A stretch of DNA of 64,000 nt, from positions 224,001 through 288,000 of the forward strand of contig CBDEFO010000007.1 in NCBI GenBank assembly GCA_965237525.1, given 5' to 3'. Of this stretch, positions 50,566 through 60,598 are shown in pieces. The translations under genes were made by a program, and so were the position numbers. This DNA comes from Candidatus Latescibacterota bacterium (GTDB lineage Bacteria; Latescibacterota; CBDEFO01). The notes beneath the pieces are model-generated. The model did not search any database and had not been told where the DNA came from. It saw only the letters and a program-made list of their open reading frames with translations. Position 1 is the stretch's first letter; each line of letters starts with the position of its first letter.

Positions 50566-53500
50566 TCATCGAGTCTTTGGAGAGGAATCGAAAATTTCGT
50601 CGAATATCTCTCTGTTTAAGATCATGAACTCTTCGAGTCTCTTCAGGAAATTCTTGGAGCCTCTGTATCCTAGGGATCGGGAGAGCCTCCAGAGCCCCTC
50701 TTCGTCTTTAGGGAGGGTATTTCTGGATGTCTCGTCCACAATTCTTAAGGCTTTGAGGACGGAGCATATAAGAGAGTGGGATCGGATAAGACGGTCAGCT
50801 TTATCTTTTGATATGAGCCTGTGCTTTTGGAGGCTTCTAAGGATTTGAAGGGTCCTTGTGGATTTGAGATCGGGATAAGATCGCGCGTCTTTGATTTGAA
50901 GCACCTGGGCGATGAACTCTATGTCTGTGATACCGCCGATCCCAGATTTGATGTTTATGAAGTCCTTGTATTTGATGCGGGAGTTATCTTCTATTTTAAG
51001 GCGCATTTTTCGTGTGTTATCCAAGAAGTTTTGATCTGCACCGCCTTCAAAGAGGAAGCAGTATATCTCTTTCTGGACGACATCGCAGAGTTTTGGGTCT
51101 CCTGATACGCATCTTGCTCTTGTAAGGGCGAGTCTTTCCCAGTCTGATGCTCTGTTCCTCAGGTATTTTCTGTACGCGTCAAAGGATATTGCCAGGTTGG
51201 CATTTCTGCCCTCAGGCCTTAATCTGGCGTCAACTTTGTATATGCGGTTGTTCTGGAGTGTCCCGATTATGGCTTGGGACAGTTCGATGAAGAACTGTAT
51301 ATTCCCTGTTTTTCCCTTCCAGCCGCCGGATGTGTATCCGTCGTGCGAGTAGATAAAGAATAAATCGAGGTCCGAACCGAAGTTAAGTTCATACCCCCCG
51401 AGTTTACCGAGGGCTAAAATAGCGAATTTGGACTCTTCTTTGTCTTCGGAAAGAGGGTGTCCGTATCTTTCGGCGAGCTTACCGAGAGAGAACCCGTAAA
51501 CCTCTTCAAGGATCGTCTCTGCAAGGAGGGAAAGTTGCCCAAAAGTCTCCTCTGTGGAGGATAGTCCGAGTGTGTCTCTTGCCCCTATTCGGAGGATGTG
51601 GCGATCTTTGAATGTGCAAAGACGGAGCAGAATGAGGTCTCTATCCTGGACCTGGGATATGAAGTGCGACAGGGAGGATTTGAAGTCCTCAAGCTCGTAG
51701 TTTCTATTTATGACATTGGGTAGAAGGAGCCAATCTAAGAGTCCGGGGTCTCTGGATAGGAGGTCACAGAGGAACTTGCTCTTGGAGCAAAGAGATATAA
51801 CAAGGTCGAGGAATTCTTCGTCTTCAGAGAGGAGATGGTATAGGGTGTTGGGCGCTCCGTAGGCTCTTATGATCTTTCCAAGACCTGTAAGAGTCGAAAC
51901 TGGATCGGGGGACGCTGAGAGTCTAGAGAGGAGTTTAGGGGCAAGCTGGATAAAGCTCGTCTGAGCATTGGAGTCCTGGAGTTTGGGGAGGTGCCCGAAG
52001 GCCAGGAGAATCAGGTCTCTGTGAGCAGACCTTGTGTCGCCAAAACCGAGACTCCTGAGGAATCTTAAGGCTGTGGTGTCTCCTATCTGGGAGTTAAGGA
52101 GATTCTGGATTCTTATATCTATATCCTCGTGGCTATCTTGGATGAATATCTCATTGTAGATAGCGTTCACGTTTTGAGTATGAATTTCCAGCTGACTATC
52201 TAACTGGTGGCTATCCTTCAAATCAAGACTGAGGGCAAGGGCGCGCAATCGAAGGGGATCGTCGGGGAGTTCGTAGGAATCCACGTTGTGAAATAGTTGG
52301 AGCCTGTGCTCGATCCTTCTGAAGAAGATGTAGGCATCCTTCAACTTTTGGGCTTCGTCACTTTCCAGATAGCCGATGCCAGAAAGGGATGCTATAGCTT
52401 TAAGCGTGTTGTTGCTGGAGAGTTGTGGTTTGTGAGAGCCCGTCAAAAGTTGAAGACATTGGACTATAAATTCGATATCCCTGATCCCACCGGATCGGAG
52501 CTTGAGATCGGAATCGGACTTTTCCCCTGTGCCGATGGCAGCTTCAATTTTATCTTTAATATTTTTGATCTCTGCTACTGGTATGCCGGATGGGATCTCA
52601 GAATAGACGAAGGGGCGGACTATCTTCAGGAAGGCCTCAGCAAGCTCAGGGTCTGCGGCGCAATATCTGGCCTTAATGAGCATCTGGCGCTCCCAGGTGC
52701 GTCCTCTTGAACTGTAGTAGTATCCGTAGCTGGAAAGAGATCTGGCAAAAGAGCCGGCACTGCCATCGGGGCGCAGCCTAGTGTCCACGCGGTAGAGGAA
52801 TCCCTCGCGCGTGGAGTCTGAGGCGGATTTTATGATCTGTTCGGAGAGTCTATTGAAAAATTCGTAGTTGCTTATGGATTTGACGGATGGAGATGGGAGC
52901 CTTGTCTCTCCTTCGTCAGAATAGACGAAGATGATGTCTATGTCAGAGCTGAAGTTGAGTTCTTGCCCTCCGAGCTTGCCGAGTCCGATAATGGCAAACC
53001 TTGCTTTCTCCGTGTTGTTTTGGATGGGGTCTCCGTATCTTTGAATCATCTCTTCGTATGAGAGTTCGTAGAGGATCTGGAGGACTGCGTCGGCAAGGGC
53101 GGAAAGCTCTCTCCCTACCGATTGGATATCCGTTTTACCTATTATCTCTCCTGTTCCTATCCTCAAAAGTTCCCGTCTATATAGCCGCCGGAGGGACAGG
53201 AGCTTATGTTCTTTGTCCTTGAAGATAGATATTTCGGATGCTAATCCCCTAAAAAGTTGAGACCTGTTAGATCCCTCCGATACGCGCTCGGGGTCGTCTG
53301 TAAGCCAGTAGAAATATTGTGGGTTTCGGATGAGTATGTCCGATAGGAACTGGCCGGTTGCGAGTATGGAAGCCAGCTGAAAGGAGAGTTCGGGACGATC
53401 TTCCAAAAGGGAGTAAAACCCCGATCTGTCCAGGACAGCGGCCGAAAGCCTGGTAAGGTTATTCAGACATAGGTCCGGATCGGGAGAAAGCAAGATCTCC

Positions 53501-53661
53501 TCGATGAGGTTTGGAGGTAGCGATAAAGGGAAGGATGGAGTTCCGGTAAGTTCCATGAGATTCCTCAGCGCTTTTTCCGTCTGTCTGAATCCAAGTTCGG
53601 CGAGGATCGCTTTTGCCTCTTGGGGGTCTCTCTTTAGGAAATTGTGATCTATCGGTCTCAT
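50566..53661 (-). CDS. glnE: Bifunctional glutamine synthetase adenylyltransferase/deadenylyltransferase
   Basis: Two GKLGG.ELNF.SD.D and D.RLRP.G modules; GGIRDIEF and GGITDIEF. Confidence 0.95.
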   Translation of the reverse strand: MRPIDHNFLKRDPQEAKAILAELGFRQTEKALRNLMELTGTPSFPLSLPPNLIEEILLSPDPDLCLNNLTRLSAAVLDRSGFYSLLEDRPELSFQLASILATGQFLSDILIRNPQYFYWLTDDPERVSEGSNRSQLFRGLASEISIFKDKEHKLLSLRRLYRRELLRIGTGEIIGKTDIQSVGRELSALADAVLQILYELSYEEMIQRYGDPIQNNTEKARFAIIGLGKLGGQELNFSSDIDIIFVYSDEGETRLPSPSVKSISNYEFFNRLSEQIIKSASDSTREGFLYRVDTRLRPDGSAGSFARSLSSYGYYYSSRGRTWERQMLIKARYCAADPELAEAFLKIVRPFVYSEIPSGIPVAEIKNIKDKIEAAIGTGEKSDSDLKLRSGGIRDIEFIVQCLQLLTGSHKPQLSSNNTLKAIASLSGIGYLESDEAQKLKDAYIFFRRIEHRLQLFHNVDSYELPDDPLRLRALALSLDLKDSHQLDSQLEIHTQNVNAIYNEIFIQDSHEDIDIRIQNLLNSQIGDTTALRFLRSLGFGDTRSAHRDLILLAFGHLPKLQDSNAQTSFIQLAPKLLSRLSASPDPVSTLTGLGKIIRAYGAPNTLYHLLSEDEEFLDLVISLCSKSKFLCDLLSRDPGLLDWLLLPNVINRNYELEDFKSSLSHFISQVQDRDLILLRLCTFKDRHILRIGARDTLGLSSTEETFGQLSLLAETILEEVYGFSLGKLAERYGHPLSEDKEESKFAILALGKLGGYELNFGSDLDLFFIYSHDGYTSGGWKGKTGNIQFFIELSQAIIGTLQNNRIYKVDARLRPEGRNANLAISFDAYRKYLRNRASDWERLALTRARCVSGDPKLCDVVQKEIYCFLFEGGADQNFLDNTRKMRLKIEDNSRIKYKDFINIKSGIGGITDIEFIAQVLQIKDARSYPDLKSTRTLQILRSLQKHRLISKDKADRLIRSHSLICSVLKALRIVDETSRNTLPKDEEGLWRLSRSLGYRGSKNFLKRLEEFMILNREIFDEIFDSSPKTR

Positions 53662-53746
53662 TGTTGTCTATTGATCGGTGATGGGAAAAGAGGATTTCAC
53701 TTTTAAGCGTAGTTATCTCCAATCCATACTATTTCCCTTTTGGGGA

Positions 53747-55291
53747 TCAGAGTGGGATGTTCCCGTGCTTTTTGGGGGGATTGGACTGGGATTTGTTTTT
53801 GAGCATACTGAGCGCGGATATGAGCTTTGGGCGGGTATCTTGAGGTTCTATAATATCGTCTATGTAGCCCAATTGGGCAGCTATATAGGGATTGGCGAAT
53901 TTCGCGTTGTATTCCTCTGTGAGCTTACATCTGAGGGAATCTGGGTCGTCTGCACGAGCAAGTTCCCGCCTGTAGAGTATATTGACGGCGCCCTGGGCGC
54001 CCATCACTGCCATTTCGGCTGTGGGCCAGGCTACGTTGTAGTCCCCCCTGATGTGTTTGCTGGACATAACGTCGTAGGCACCTCCGTAGGCCTTTCTGGT
54101 TATGACAGTGAGTTTTGGAACGGTGGCTTCACAGTAGGAGTACAGGAGCTTGGCCCCGTGTCTTATTATGCCTCCGAACTCCTGTTCTGTTCCGGGCAGA
54201 AAGCCGGGGACGTCTTCAAATGTAATAAGCGGGATATTGAAGGCGTCACAAAAGCGTACAAAGCGAGCGGCTTTTGTGGAAGATCGTATGTCCAGGACTC
54301 CCGCCAGGACTCTGGGTTGGTTGCCGACGATTCCAACTGATCTTCCGCCAAGACGCGCAAAGCCTACAATTATGTTTTTGGCAAAGTGGGAATGCACTTC
54401 GAAGAACTCTCCATCGTCAACAATCTTCTTTACGACCTGGATCATGTCGTAGGGCTTAGCAGGGTCAGCGGGAACTATACTGTTCAGTTCACCGTCTCTT
54501 CGGTCCCAGGGATCTGACATCTTCAAAAGGGGAGGGTCTTCGAGGTTGTTCTGAGGTATATAGCTCAAAAGCTTGCGTATCTGAGAAAGGCATTCGTAGT
54601 CGTTCTGGGCGATGAAGTGTGCCACACCACTTTTTGAGTTGTGAGTAAGAGCGCCTCCAAGTTCTTCGGCGGTTACCTCTTCGTTAGTGACGGATTTTAT
54701 GACATCGGGGCCTGTGACGAACATGTAGCTTGTGCCCTCGACCATAAGCGTAAAGTCAGTGATGGCGGGGGAGTAGACGGCCCCACCTGCGCAGGGTCCC
54801 ATTATGGCGGAGATCTGGGGAATGACGCCTGAGGCCATTGTGTTTCTCAAGAAAATTTCTGCGTATCCCCCTAAGCTGGCTACACCCTCCTGGATTCGGG
54901 CGCCGCCTGAGTCGTTAAGTCCGATTATGGGGGCTCCATTTTCGAGGGCAAGGTCCATAAGTCTGCAGATCTTCTGAGCATTTGCCTCGCTTATTGTGCC
55001 TCCTAATACGGTGAAGTCATGGGCAAAGACGTAGACGAGGCGACCATCTATGTAGCCGTAACCGGCTACGACGCCGTCTCCAGGGTAGGTCCTTTTGTGC
55101 ATGTCAAAGTCGGTGCAGCGATGGGTTACGAATACTCCGAGTTCTTCAAAGCTGCCCCTGTCCAAAAGGAGGTTGATCCTTTCTCTGGCTGTGAGTTTGC
55201 CGCGCTGGTGCATCTTCTCTATAGCCTCAGAGCCACCGCCTTCTAACGCTTTCTCTCTGAGCTTATTCAGTTCTTGTGTTTTCTCGTTCAT
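53747..55291 (-). CDS. pccB: Acyl-CoA (propionyl/methylmalonyl-CoA) carboxyltransferase beta subunit
   Basis: [56 protein letters not shown]. Confidence 0.9.
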   Translation of the reverse strand: MNEKTQELNKLREKALEGGGSEAIEKMHQRGKLTARERINLLLDRGSFEELGVFVTHRCTDFDMHKRTYPGDGVVAGYGYIDGRLVYVFAHDFTVLGGTISEANAQKICRLMDLALENGAPIIGLNDSGGARIQEGVASLGGYAEIFLRNTMASGVIPQISAIMGPCAGGAVYSPAITDFTLMVEGTSYMFVTGPDVIKSVTNEEVTAEELGGALTHNSKSGVAHFIAQNDYECLSQIRKLLSYIPQNNLEDPPLLKMSDPWDRRDGELNSIVPADPAKPYDMIQVVKKIVDDGEFFEVHSHFAKNIIVGFARLGGRSVGIVGNQPRVLAGVLDIRSSTKAARFVRFCDAFNIPLITFEDVPGFLPGTEQEFGGIIRHGAKLLYSYCEATVPKLTVITRKAYGGAYDVMSSKHIRGDYNVAWPTAEMAVMGAQGAVNILYRRELARADDPDSLRCKLTEEYNAKFANPYIAAQLGYIDDIIEPQDTRPKLISALSMLKNKSQSNPPKKHGNIPL

Positions 55292-55297
55292 AGAGCC

Positions 55298-55796
55298 TTA
55301 AGATCCTTGTGTGAGGACTTCCATCATGTTGAGCATAGCGCCCCATTGTCTGTCGTTCATCTTTTCTACAGTCTCAATGAGGATGGGGATGTCTTTGTCC
55401 TCCATCTGATAGCTTTTGAGAAAAACTTTGCGCCATTTGCTATTCTTAAGCGCATCGCGGATGTCAGGTTCCTTGAGGGCTTCTAGTATCTGCGGATCGA
55501 GTATTTCTTTCTGGGAAAGTAAATATTCCACGATGGGATCGTTCATGATTCTATTAATCTGTTCGAAGAGCTTGCGGGCAGGCCCAGAAGATCTTTCCTT
55601 GTAAGCCAAAAGGAGGAGTTTCGTCTCGTCGAGATCCAGAACCTTAGCTAATTTAATACATAATTTCGTCTGACGGTATCTTCTCATCTTTCTCGATCTG
55701 TCCTATGTAGGTATCCCATACGCCTATGCGGTCGCCCAATTCCCTCTGGCTAAATCTGTTTTTCCTTTCCTCTCTGATAATTTCTCCAAGTGTCAT
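55298..55796 (-). pseudogene. XRE-family HTH regulator with a +1 frameshift near 55665 (real or assembly error)
   Basis: ATG at 55796 MTLGEIIREERKNRFSQRELGDRIGVWDTYIGQIEKDEKIPSDE joins LCIKLAKVLDLD in the next frame. Confidence 0.8.
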
Positions 55797-55960
55797 CTGT
55801 AATCCCTTCCAAAGAGTGGAAATGTAACTTCAATATGGAATCCTAACAGTAATTTAATCCAAAAATCGAATTAAGCCAAGAAAAAAGTGCTATGCAGGTG
55901 TTCTATATATTTGTATGGAGAACGATTTTTGAAATTTTTTTAGAAAGAAACATTTTTTCC

Positions 55961-56103
55961 TTGACAACACACTCAATAGTGTGTATATCCTATGCTGGCG
56001 TGAGAAGATCACACTGTGTAGTGGGGTAAATACACTGTCTGGTGTGTGTATCTACGCAAGTGTAAGCGGCTTATAGCCATAGGTCATATACACTGTTAAG
56101 TGT
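55961..56103. promoter_or_regulatory. TTGACA box plus four ACACT-N4-RGTGK operator-like palindromes
   Basis: Copies at 55969-55982, 56011-56024, 56032-56045 and 56090-56103. Confidence 0.6.
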
Positions 56104-56428
56104 GGACAATAAACAGTTACTATATGGATATAATATATTGTTTTATAATAACTTAATAGAACTCTAAAGCTTGATCGTCTGCACATCTTCAAGTGTCATA
56201 AAGGCTTAGGATATGTTTCGTATGGTGAAGTAACTTGAGCAAGACGCTTGGACATAGCTGCTGGGACAGATAGTACGGCAATTGTCACCACAGAGGCTCA
56301 GATTTCAAGATGGAAAGGGCCGTATTGTTGGATCATAATTGTGGCCGGGTGCTCTCTGTTCAGTTGAACTATTTTGCAGATCTTCTGGGTGTAGTATTCA
56401 GAACCACAAAAAAATTTAGGAGGAAAAG

Positions 56429-56830
56429 ATGCCTATAGAAAATGAGGATTTTATGCAGATCAGGGACGTAGTACACGAGATTGTGAGCAAATCTCAGGAA
56501 AAATTAGCTACGATGATTGCCAATCAGTTCTTGAAGATAGAGGATGGGCTTTCCAGGATCAGGGAGGAGTACTCAGCCTCTGAATCGGACATTTCGGATG
56601 TTGAGATGGATCACGATCTTCTGAAGATGAAGGTACAGGGGATGGAGATGGGAATAAATGAGGGCAGGGAGATTAACGCAAAGTTGGGAAGACAGATGAA
56701 TTACATTGAAAAGGAATTGAAGGAGATAAGATTGGGCCTGAGCGTTCTTTCAAAGAATGGTGCAGGAAGCGTCGATATTGAGACCTTTGAAAGGAGGATA
56801 CAGAGGATGGAGGAAGTGGTTTTCAGTTGA
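56429..56830 (+). CDS. Hypothetical coiled-coil protein
   Basis: RBS AGGAGG; heptad-rich sequence. Confidence 0.7.
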   Translation: MPIENEDFMQIRDVVHEIVSKSQEKLATMIANQFLKIEDGLSRIREEYSASESDISDVEMDHDLLKMKVQGMEMGINEGREINAKLGRQMNYIEKELKEIRLGLSVLSKNGAGSVDIETFERRIQRMEEVVFS

Positions 56831-56853
56831 CAGGGGAAGAACAAATCTGCTTA

Positions 56854-57663
56854 TTATCTCCCACGTTTGATCTTAATGAGATCACCTCTTTTTATGTTTA
56901 AGATCTTGTGAGCATTTCCGTCCGTAATGGATATTTCCAGAAGTACCGCGCTTCCAAATATAGCGAGGGGCTTTTGTTTTCCCCCTTGCGGTGGTCGTGC
57001 CGCTTCTGCATACGAGTGGGAAATAGAGTTTATGGAGTGTTGTCCAGCCAGTATCCGGAAGGGATGGTTGGAGGTAAAGGCGTCGAATTTGTCTTTGGAG
57101 ATGTCTGTGACGAGATTGCCAAAGGCGTCTATGTGGATGACGTGGCACGTAAGCACATCCTGAAAGATCGTAGGTTCCGGGATGGGCAGTTGAACTATTT
57201 GCGAGAGTCTTGGACCAAATTGTGGGGGACTTACTCCTTTAGATAGATGCGCCGCGGCGGGGGCAAAGATATCGCGCCCGTGAAAGGTGTCGCTTACATC
57301 GGGAAGCGTTAAATCGGGATTGGAGATCTCGTAAGCGTCCTCTTTCTGGAAGTCTTCCAAGACGAGGCTGAATATGCCGTTGTCGGGTCCTACAAAGGCA
57401 TAGCGATCGGTCTGGAGAATGATGGGTTTTCTCTCTCCTCCGACTCCTGGGTCTACGACGGCTATATGAATTGTATCTTTGGGAAAGTGAAGACAGGCGT
57501 TTAGAAGAACAAAGGCGGCATCGAGAATGTCATGGGGGGGTACCTGATGGGTGATGTCTATTATTTGGGCGTCGGGATTGATATTCAGGATGACACCCTT
57601 CATAGCTCCGACGAAGTAGTCCTGGTCTTGGAAATCTGTGGTAAGTGTTATTATAGAGTTCAC
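56854..57663 (-). CDS. SAM hydroxide adenosyltransferase / chlorinase-fluorinase family (DUF62)
   Basis: ITLTTDF, VVDPGVG, VGPDNG, SDTFHGRDIFAP, HIDAFGNL. Confidence 0.9.
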   Translation of the reverse strand: MNSIITLTTDFQDQDYFVGAMKGVILNINPDAQIIDITHQVPPHDILDAAFVLLNACLHFPKDTIHIAVVDPGVGGERKPIILQTDRYAFVGPDNGIFSLVLEDFQKEDAYEISNPDLTLPDVSDTFHGRDIFAPAAAHLSKGVSPPQFGPRLSQIVQLPIPEPTIFQDVLTCHVIHIDAFGNLVTDISKDKFDAFTSNHPFRILAGQHSINSISHSYAEAARPPQGGKQKPLAIFGSAVLLEISITDGNAHKILNIKRGDLIKIKRGR

Positions 57664-57804
57664 CTTGTGATTCCAGTCTGAAGGATAAAATGCCTCATAA
57701 GTATTTCAAATGCGCTTTCGTATACCCTTTGAGAGTCTATTTCAGATCGGTGTTCCTAGAATAGTTTTGATCTATGTCAGAAGTACTCTCATGGTAATTT
57801 TGAA

Positions 57805-59994
57805 TCAGTCCTGCCTTATGACGGCTATCTTTCCCGTCTCTACTTTATCGCCGTTTTGGTCCCTTATTATGTAGAAGTAAGTACCTGATGCGATGAAGAA
57901 GCCCCGTCCGTTTGTTCCGTCCCATTTGAGGAATCTGTCGTTTCGGGAGTCTTGTTTTTCCCATACAAGTTCTCCAGATAGTGTAAATATTGACACGGTG
58001 GATCTTATGGGAAGACCGGAAAAGGTAACTCTGGCGCCTTCCGTTCGGGAGATGATAAAGGGATTGGGATATACTATCTGTTTAGGGGACATATATTGCA
58101 GGGCTTCGTAGATAGTGTTGTTATCCTCCTTTTCCTCGGCTACTTCGTTGTCAGGATCTACTTGGATAAGGAGGTTTACATCGCCGGGTCTGTTCCAAGG
58201 GACTTTGAAGACGTAATTGCCGCCACCAGAAATGGGGGCATTAACCCTTTTGGACAAAATTGTTGTGCATTCTGTGGAGTCCGGTTTGCAGATTGAGAGT
58301 TTAACAGTAAAGTCTTTCTCTACTGATGATGTGCTGATGTTGTTTACGGGGACTATGAGGGCTTCTTCTTGTTCGGAGAAGCGGACGTGACCCTTTAAGG
58401 CGCCGACTTCGCGCTCGTCGCGTCCGAAGATGGCAAGGTCAGGCATTTCATCCTGGGGTTCCTCTCCGATGGCTAACTGGGCAAGACCAGCTACGCAGAG
58501 CTTTGCTACTTTGGATACTAAAGGGAAATTGAGGCTGTCGGCGACGTCGTCTATGGTGTGAAAGTGTCTGTTGAACTGGGGAAAGTGACCCAGTGTGTCA
58601 GGCCGAAGGGCGTGTCTGTTGGGCAGGAAGTTTTCGATGCCCATAACGGCGTCGTATCCGAATCTCCAGAAGGATTCGTGGTCGCTGAAGCCCGCATTGG
58701 GATCCACGAGGGTATCTACTATCAGGTCAATGTCGTAGGTATCTTTCGCCTGAAGGAGAAGATCTATAATCCAAGCAGAGCTTCGGTTGCCCACTATCTC
58801 GACTCTGTCGAAGTGGCTATTGAATCCTAACATATCCAGATTGATGACTCCGATAATGTTTTCGTCACTTTTAGTAGCGTTGCTGACGAAGTTGAGACTC
58901 CCCCACAGTCCCAGTTCCTCTCCTGAGAAGGCTATGAATTTTATGGTCCAAGGGAACTCCAACTGCGAGAGTATCCTTGCAGCCTCGATAAGGGTGGCGA
59001 TTCCAGTGGCATTGTCGTCTGATCCCGGAGTAGGTTCTGTCCTCCATCCTGCCCAATTTACCTTGCCGGAGCCTCCAATAGCGTCGTAGTGTCCCACGAT
59101 AGCGTAGTATCCAGAGCTGGGATCCTGTCCATGTAGCGTTCCGACCACGTTGTACAGCGTATATTCTTCGTAGCCGCTGCGCACGAAGGGAATAAGCTCG
59201 ACCGATCCTTCCGGCAGGGCGTCTTCGAGCTGATCCATGATGTAGCCTGCGGCGTGGTCGCGGGTTTCGGGACGGAGCGCAAATCTCGTGCGGAGATTGG
59301 ATTTTTCGTTGTTGTATCTTCCGTTATTTTTGGTGATGTCAAAGTAGGTCAAATTGGCTACATCCTTTTCTATTCTCTCTGCACTTACCTGCTGGAGAAG
59401 GGACGCTATCCGAGGGCTGGCTTTGTGGGGAAGCGCCGTTTTGCCTGATGGAGGAGGGAACCATCCCCTAAGGCTGATGTTGTGCGGAAGGGGCTGGATA
59501 TAGTGTGCATGCAGGTAAGGTTCGAGGAGACAGAGGGCGTCCGGAGAAATTTTGAGGATCGCAGGTCCGTACGGAGTAGTGGCAACGTGCAAGGTGCGAC
59601 AAAAGCGAGATATTTCTGGAAGATGGCTTTCATCTATCAGCGCACAGTAGTACTCGTCAGGGCCCTCGCCTCGGTCGAGTATCTGGACGTCCCAGCCCTG
59701 TCCCCGATTGAATCTATCGGGGATCAAAAATTGGAGTTGATCCGGATGGACGGATACAAGGACTGCGTTCTGGGAGCAATGGCGGATGTCCAGCTTGTAG
59801 GATTCTATAGTTGCGAGGTCGTTTAGATTATCCCAGTGGATTTTGATCAGAACGGATGAGCTATCGTCGGCACATAGGCCTGAGGGTGCGAAGAGCGTCA
59901 AGAGAAATAGAGAGCAGACAATAGGCAGCAGGCACGGCAAAAAAGTAGACAGTAGACAGTAGACAGTAGAAAGGGCACTTCCTCTCCTCTGCAT
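57805..59994 (-). CDS. Secreted M28 metallopeptidase with CARDB and FlgD-Ig-like C-terminal domains
   Basis: GHYD, GSDDNATG, FSGEELGLWGS, NLDM, SDH, HTIDD; VDPDNEVAEEKEDNN; VYPNPF..WDGTN..SGTYF. Start uncertain (59994 or 60024). Confidence 0.85.
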   Translation of the reverse strand: MQRRGSALSTVYCLLSTFLPCLLPIVCSLFLLTLFAPSGLCADDSSSVLIKIHWDNLNDLATIESYKLDIRHCSQNAVLVSVHPDQLQFLIPDRFNRGQGWDVQILDRGEGPDEYYCALIDESHLPEISRFCRTLHVATTPYGPAILKISPDALCLLEPYLHAHYIQPLPHNISLRGWFPPPSGKTALPHKASPRIASLLQQVSAERIEKDVANLTYFDITKNNGRYNNEKSNLRTRFALRPETRDHAAGYIMDQLEDALPEGSVELIPFVRSGYEEYTLYNVVGTLHGQDPSSGYYAIVGHYDAIGGSGKVNWAGWRTEPTPGSDDNATGIATLIEAARILSQLEFPWTIKFIAFSGEELGLWGSLNFVSNATKSDENIIGVINLDMLGFNSHFDRVEIVGNRSSAWIIDLLLQAKDTYDIDLIVDTLVDPNAGFSDHESFWRFGYDAVMGIENFLPNRHALRPDTLGHFPQFNRHFHTIDDVADSLNFPLVSKVAKLCVAGLAQLAIGEEPQDEMPDLAIFGRDEREVGALKGHVRFSEQEEALIVPVNNISTSSVEKDFTVKLSICKPDSTECTTILSKRVNAPISGGGNYVFKVPWNRPGDVNLLIQVDPDNEVAEEKEDNNTIYEALQYMSPKQIVYPNPFIISRTEGARVTFSGLPIRSTVSIFTLSGELVWEKQDSRNDRFLKWDGTNGRGFFIASGTYFYIIRDQNGDKVETGKIAVIRQD
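59702..59722. repeat. 21-bp palindrome, in frame inside the M28 peptidase gene
   Basis: CCCCGATTGAATCTATCGGGG, read on the minus strand as part of IPDRFNRG. Confidence 0.8.
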
Positions 59995-60031
59995 GCTGTA
60001 TATTGCTTGCTGTCTACACTTCATATTCTGC

Positions 60032-60523
60032 CTATTTTTGTCTCCTGGATATGCGGTCGGCCAGGATATGGATCACGTTGGGAAGATAGAGTCCCATAAG
60101 GACAGCAATTGCAATTCGAATGTCTATATCTCTGGATTTGATTTTGGATATATCTATGTCCAGGTCAAAGACGTAGTGTATGATCGTTATCAGGGCTGTG
60201 GCTACAAGGGCAAGATAGACAATTCTGGTGAGTGTGCCGAAGACTATTGAGTGGGATAATCCTCTGTGCTTGAATATGCGGGAGTAGGGCCACCATAGTA
60301 CTATGAGTATACCCCAGTTCGTGCGAGAACGAGATCTAAAAAGGTCCAGGTCAGGTGACAGGAATAGGGATGAGAAGGAGTAGGAGAGGACAAAGATGAT
60401 CATGAACGTGAGTATCTCCTCATCTTTGAATTGGCTGAGCAGGTGTTTGTATGTGTACAAAAGTCCAATGAATATTGTCAGGACCATGAGATCGAGTCTT
60501 AGGTGGACTCTTCCTGAGGGCAT
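60032..60523 (-). CDS. DUF2227-like putative metal-binding membrane protein
   Basis: MPSGRVH, LSPDLD, WWPY..HRGLSH, HILAD. Confidence 0.8.
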   Translation of the reverse strand: MPSGRVHLRLDLMVLTIFIGLLYTYKHLLSQFKDEEILTFMIIFVLSYSFSSLFLSPDLDLFRSRSRTNWGILIVLWWPYSRIFKHRGLSHSIVFGTLTRIVYLALVATALITIIHYVFDLDIDISKIKSRDIDIRIAIAVLMGLYLPNVIHILADRISRRQK

Positions 60524-60598
60524 CTTGAGAATTCTCCACATATAGCGGATGGGCTTTCAGGTCGCAGTGGACACTCCGCTTTTATTGATATATTCTAA

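Noticed and set aside
56854..57663. Fluorinase or chlorinase activity
   Set aside because: The SDTFHGRDIF motif and housekeeping context fit the common DUF62 SAM hydrolase better.
7203..59722. CRISPR interpretation of the recurring 21-bp palindrome or the heptamer repeats
   Set aside because: Copies are dispersed over tens of kb with no regular spacers and no cas genes.
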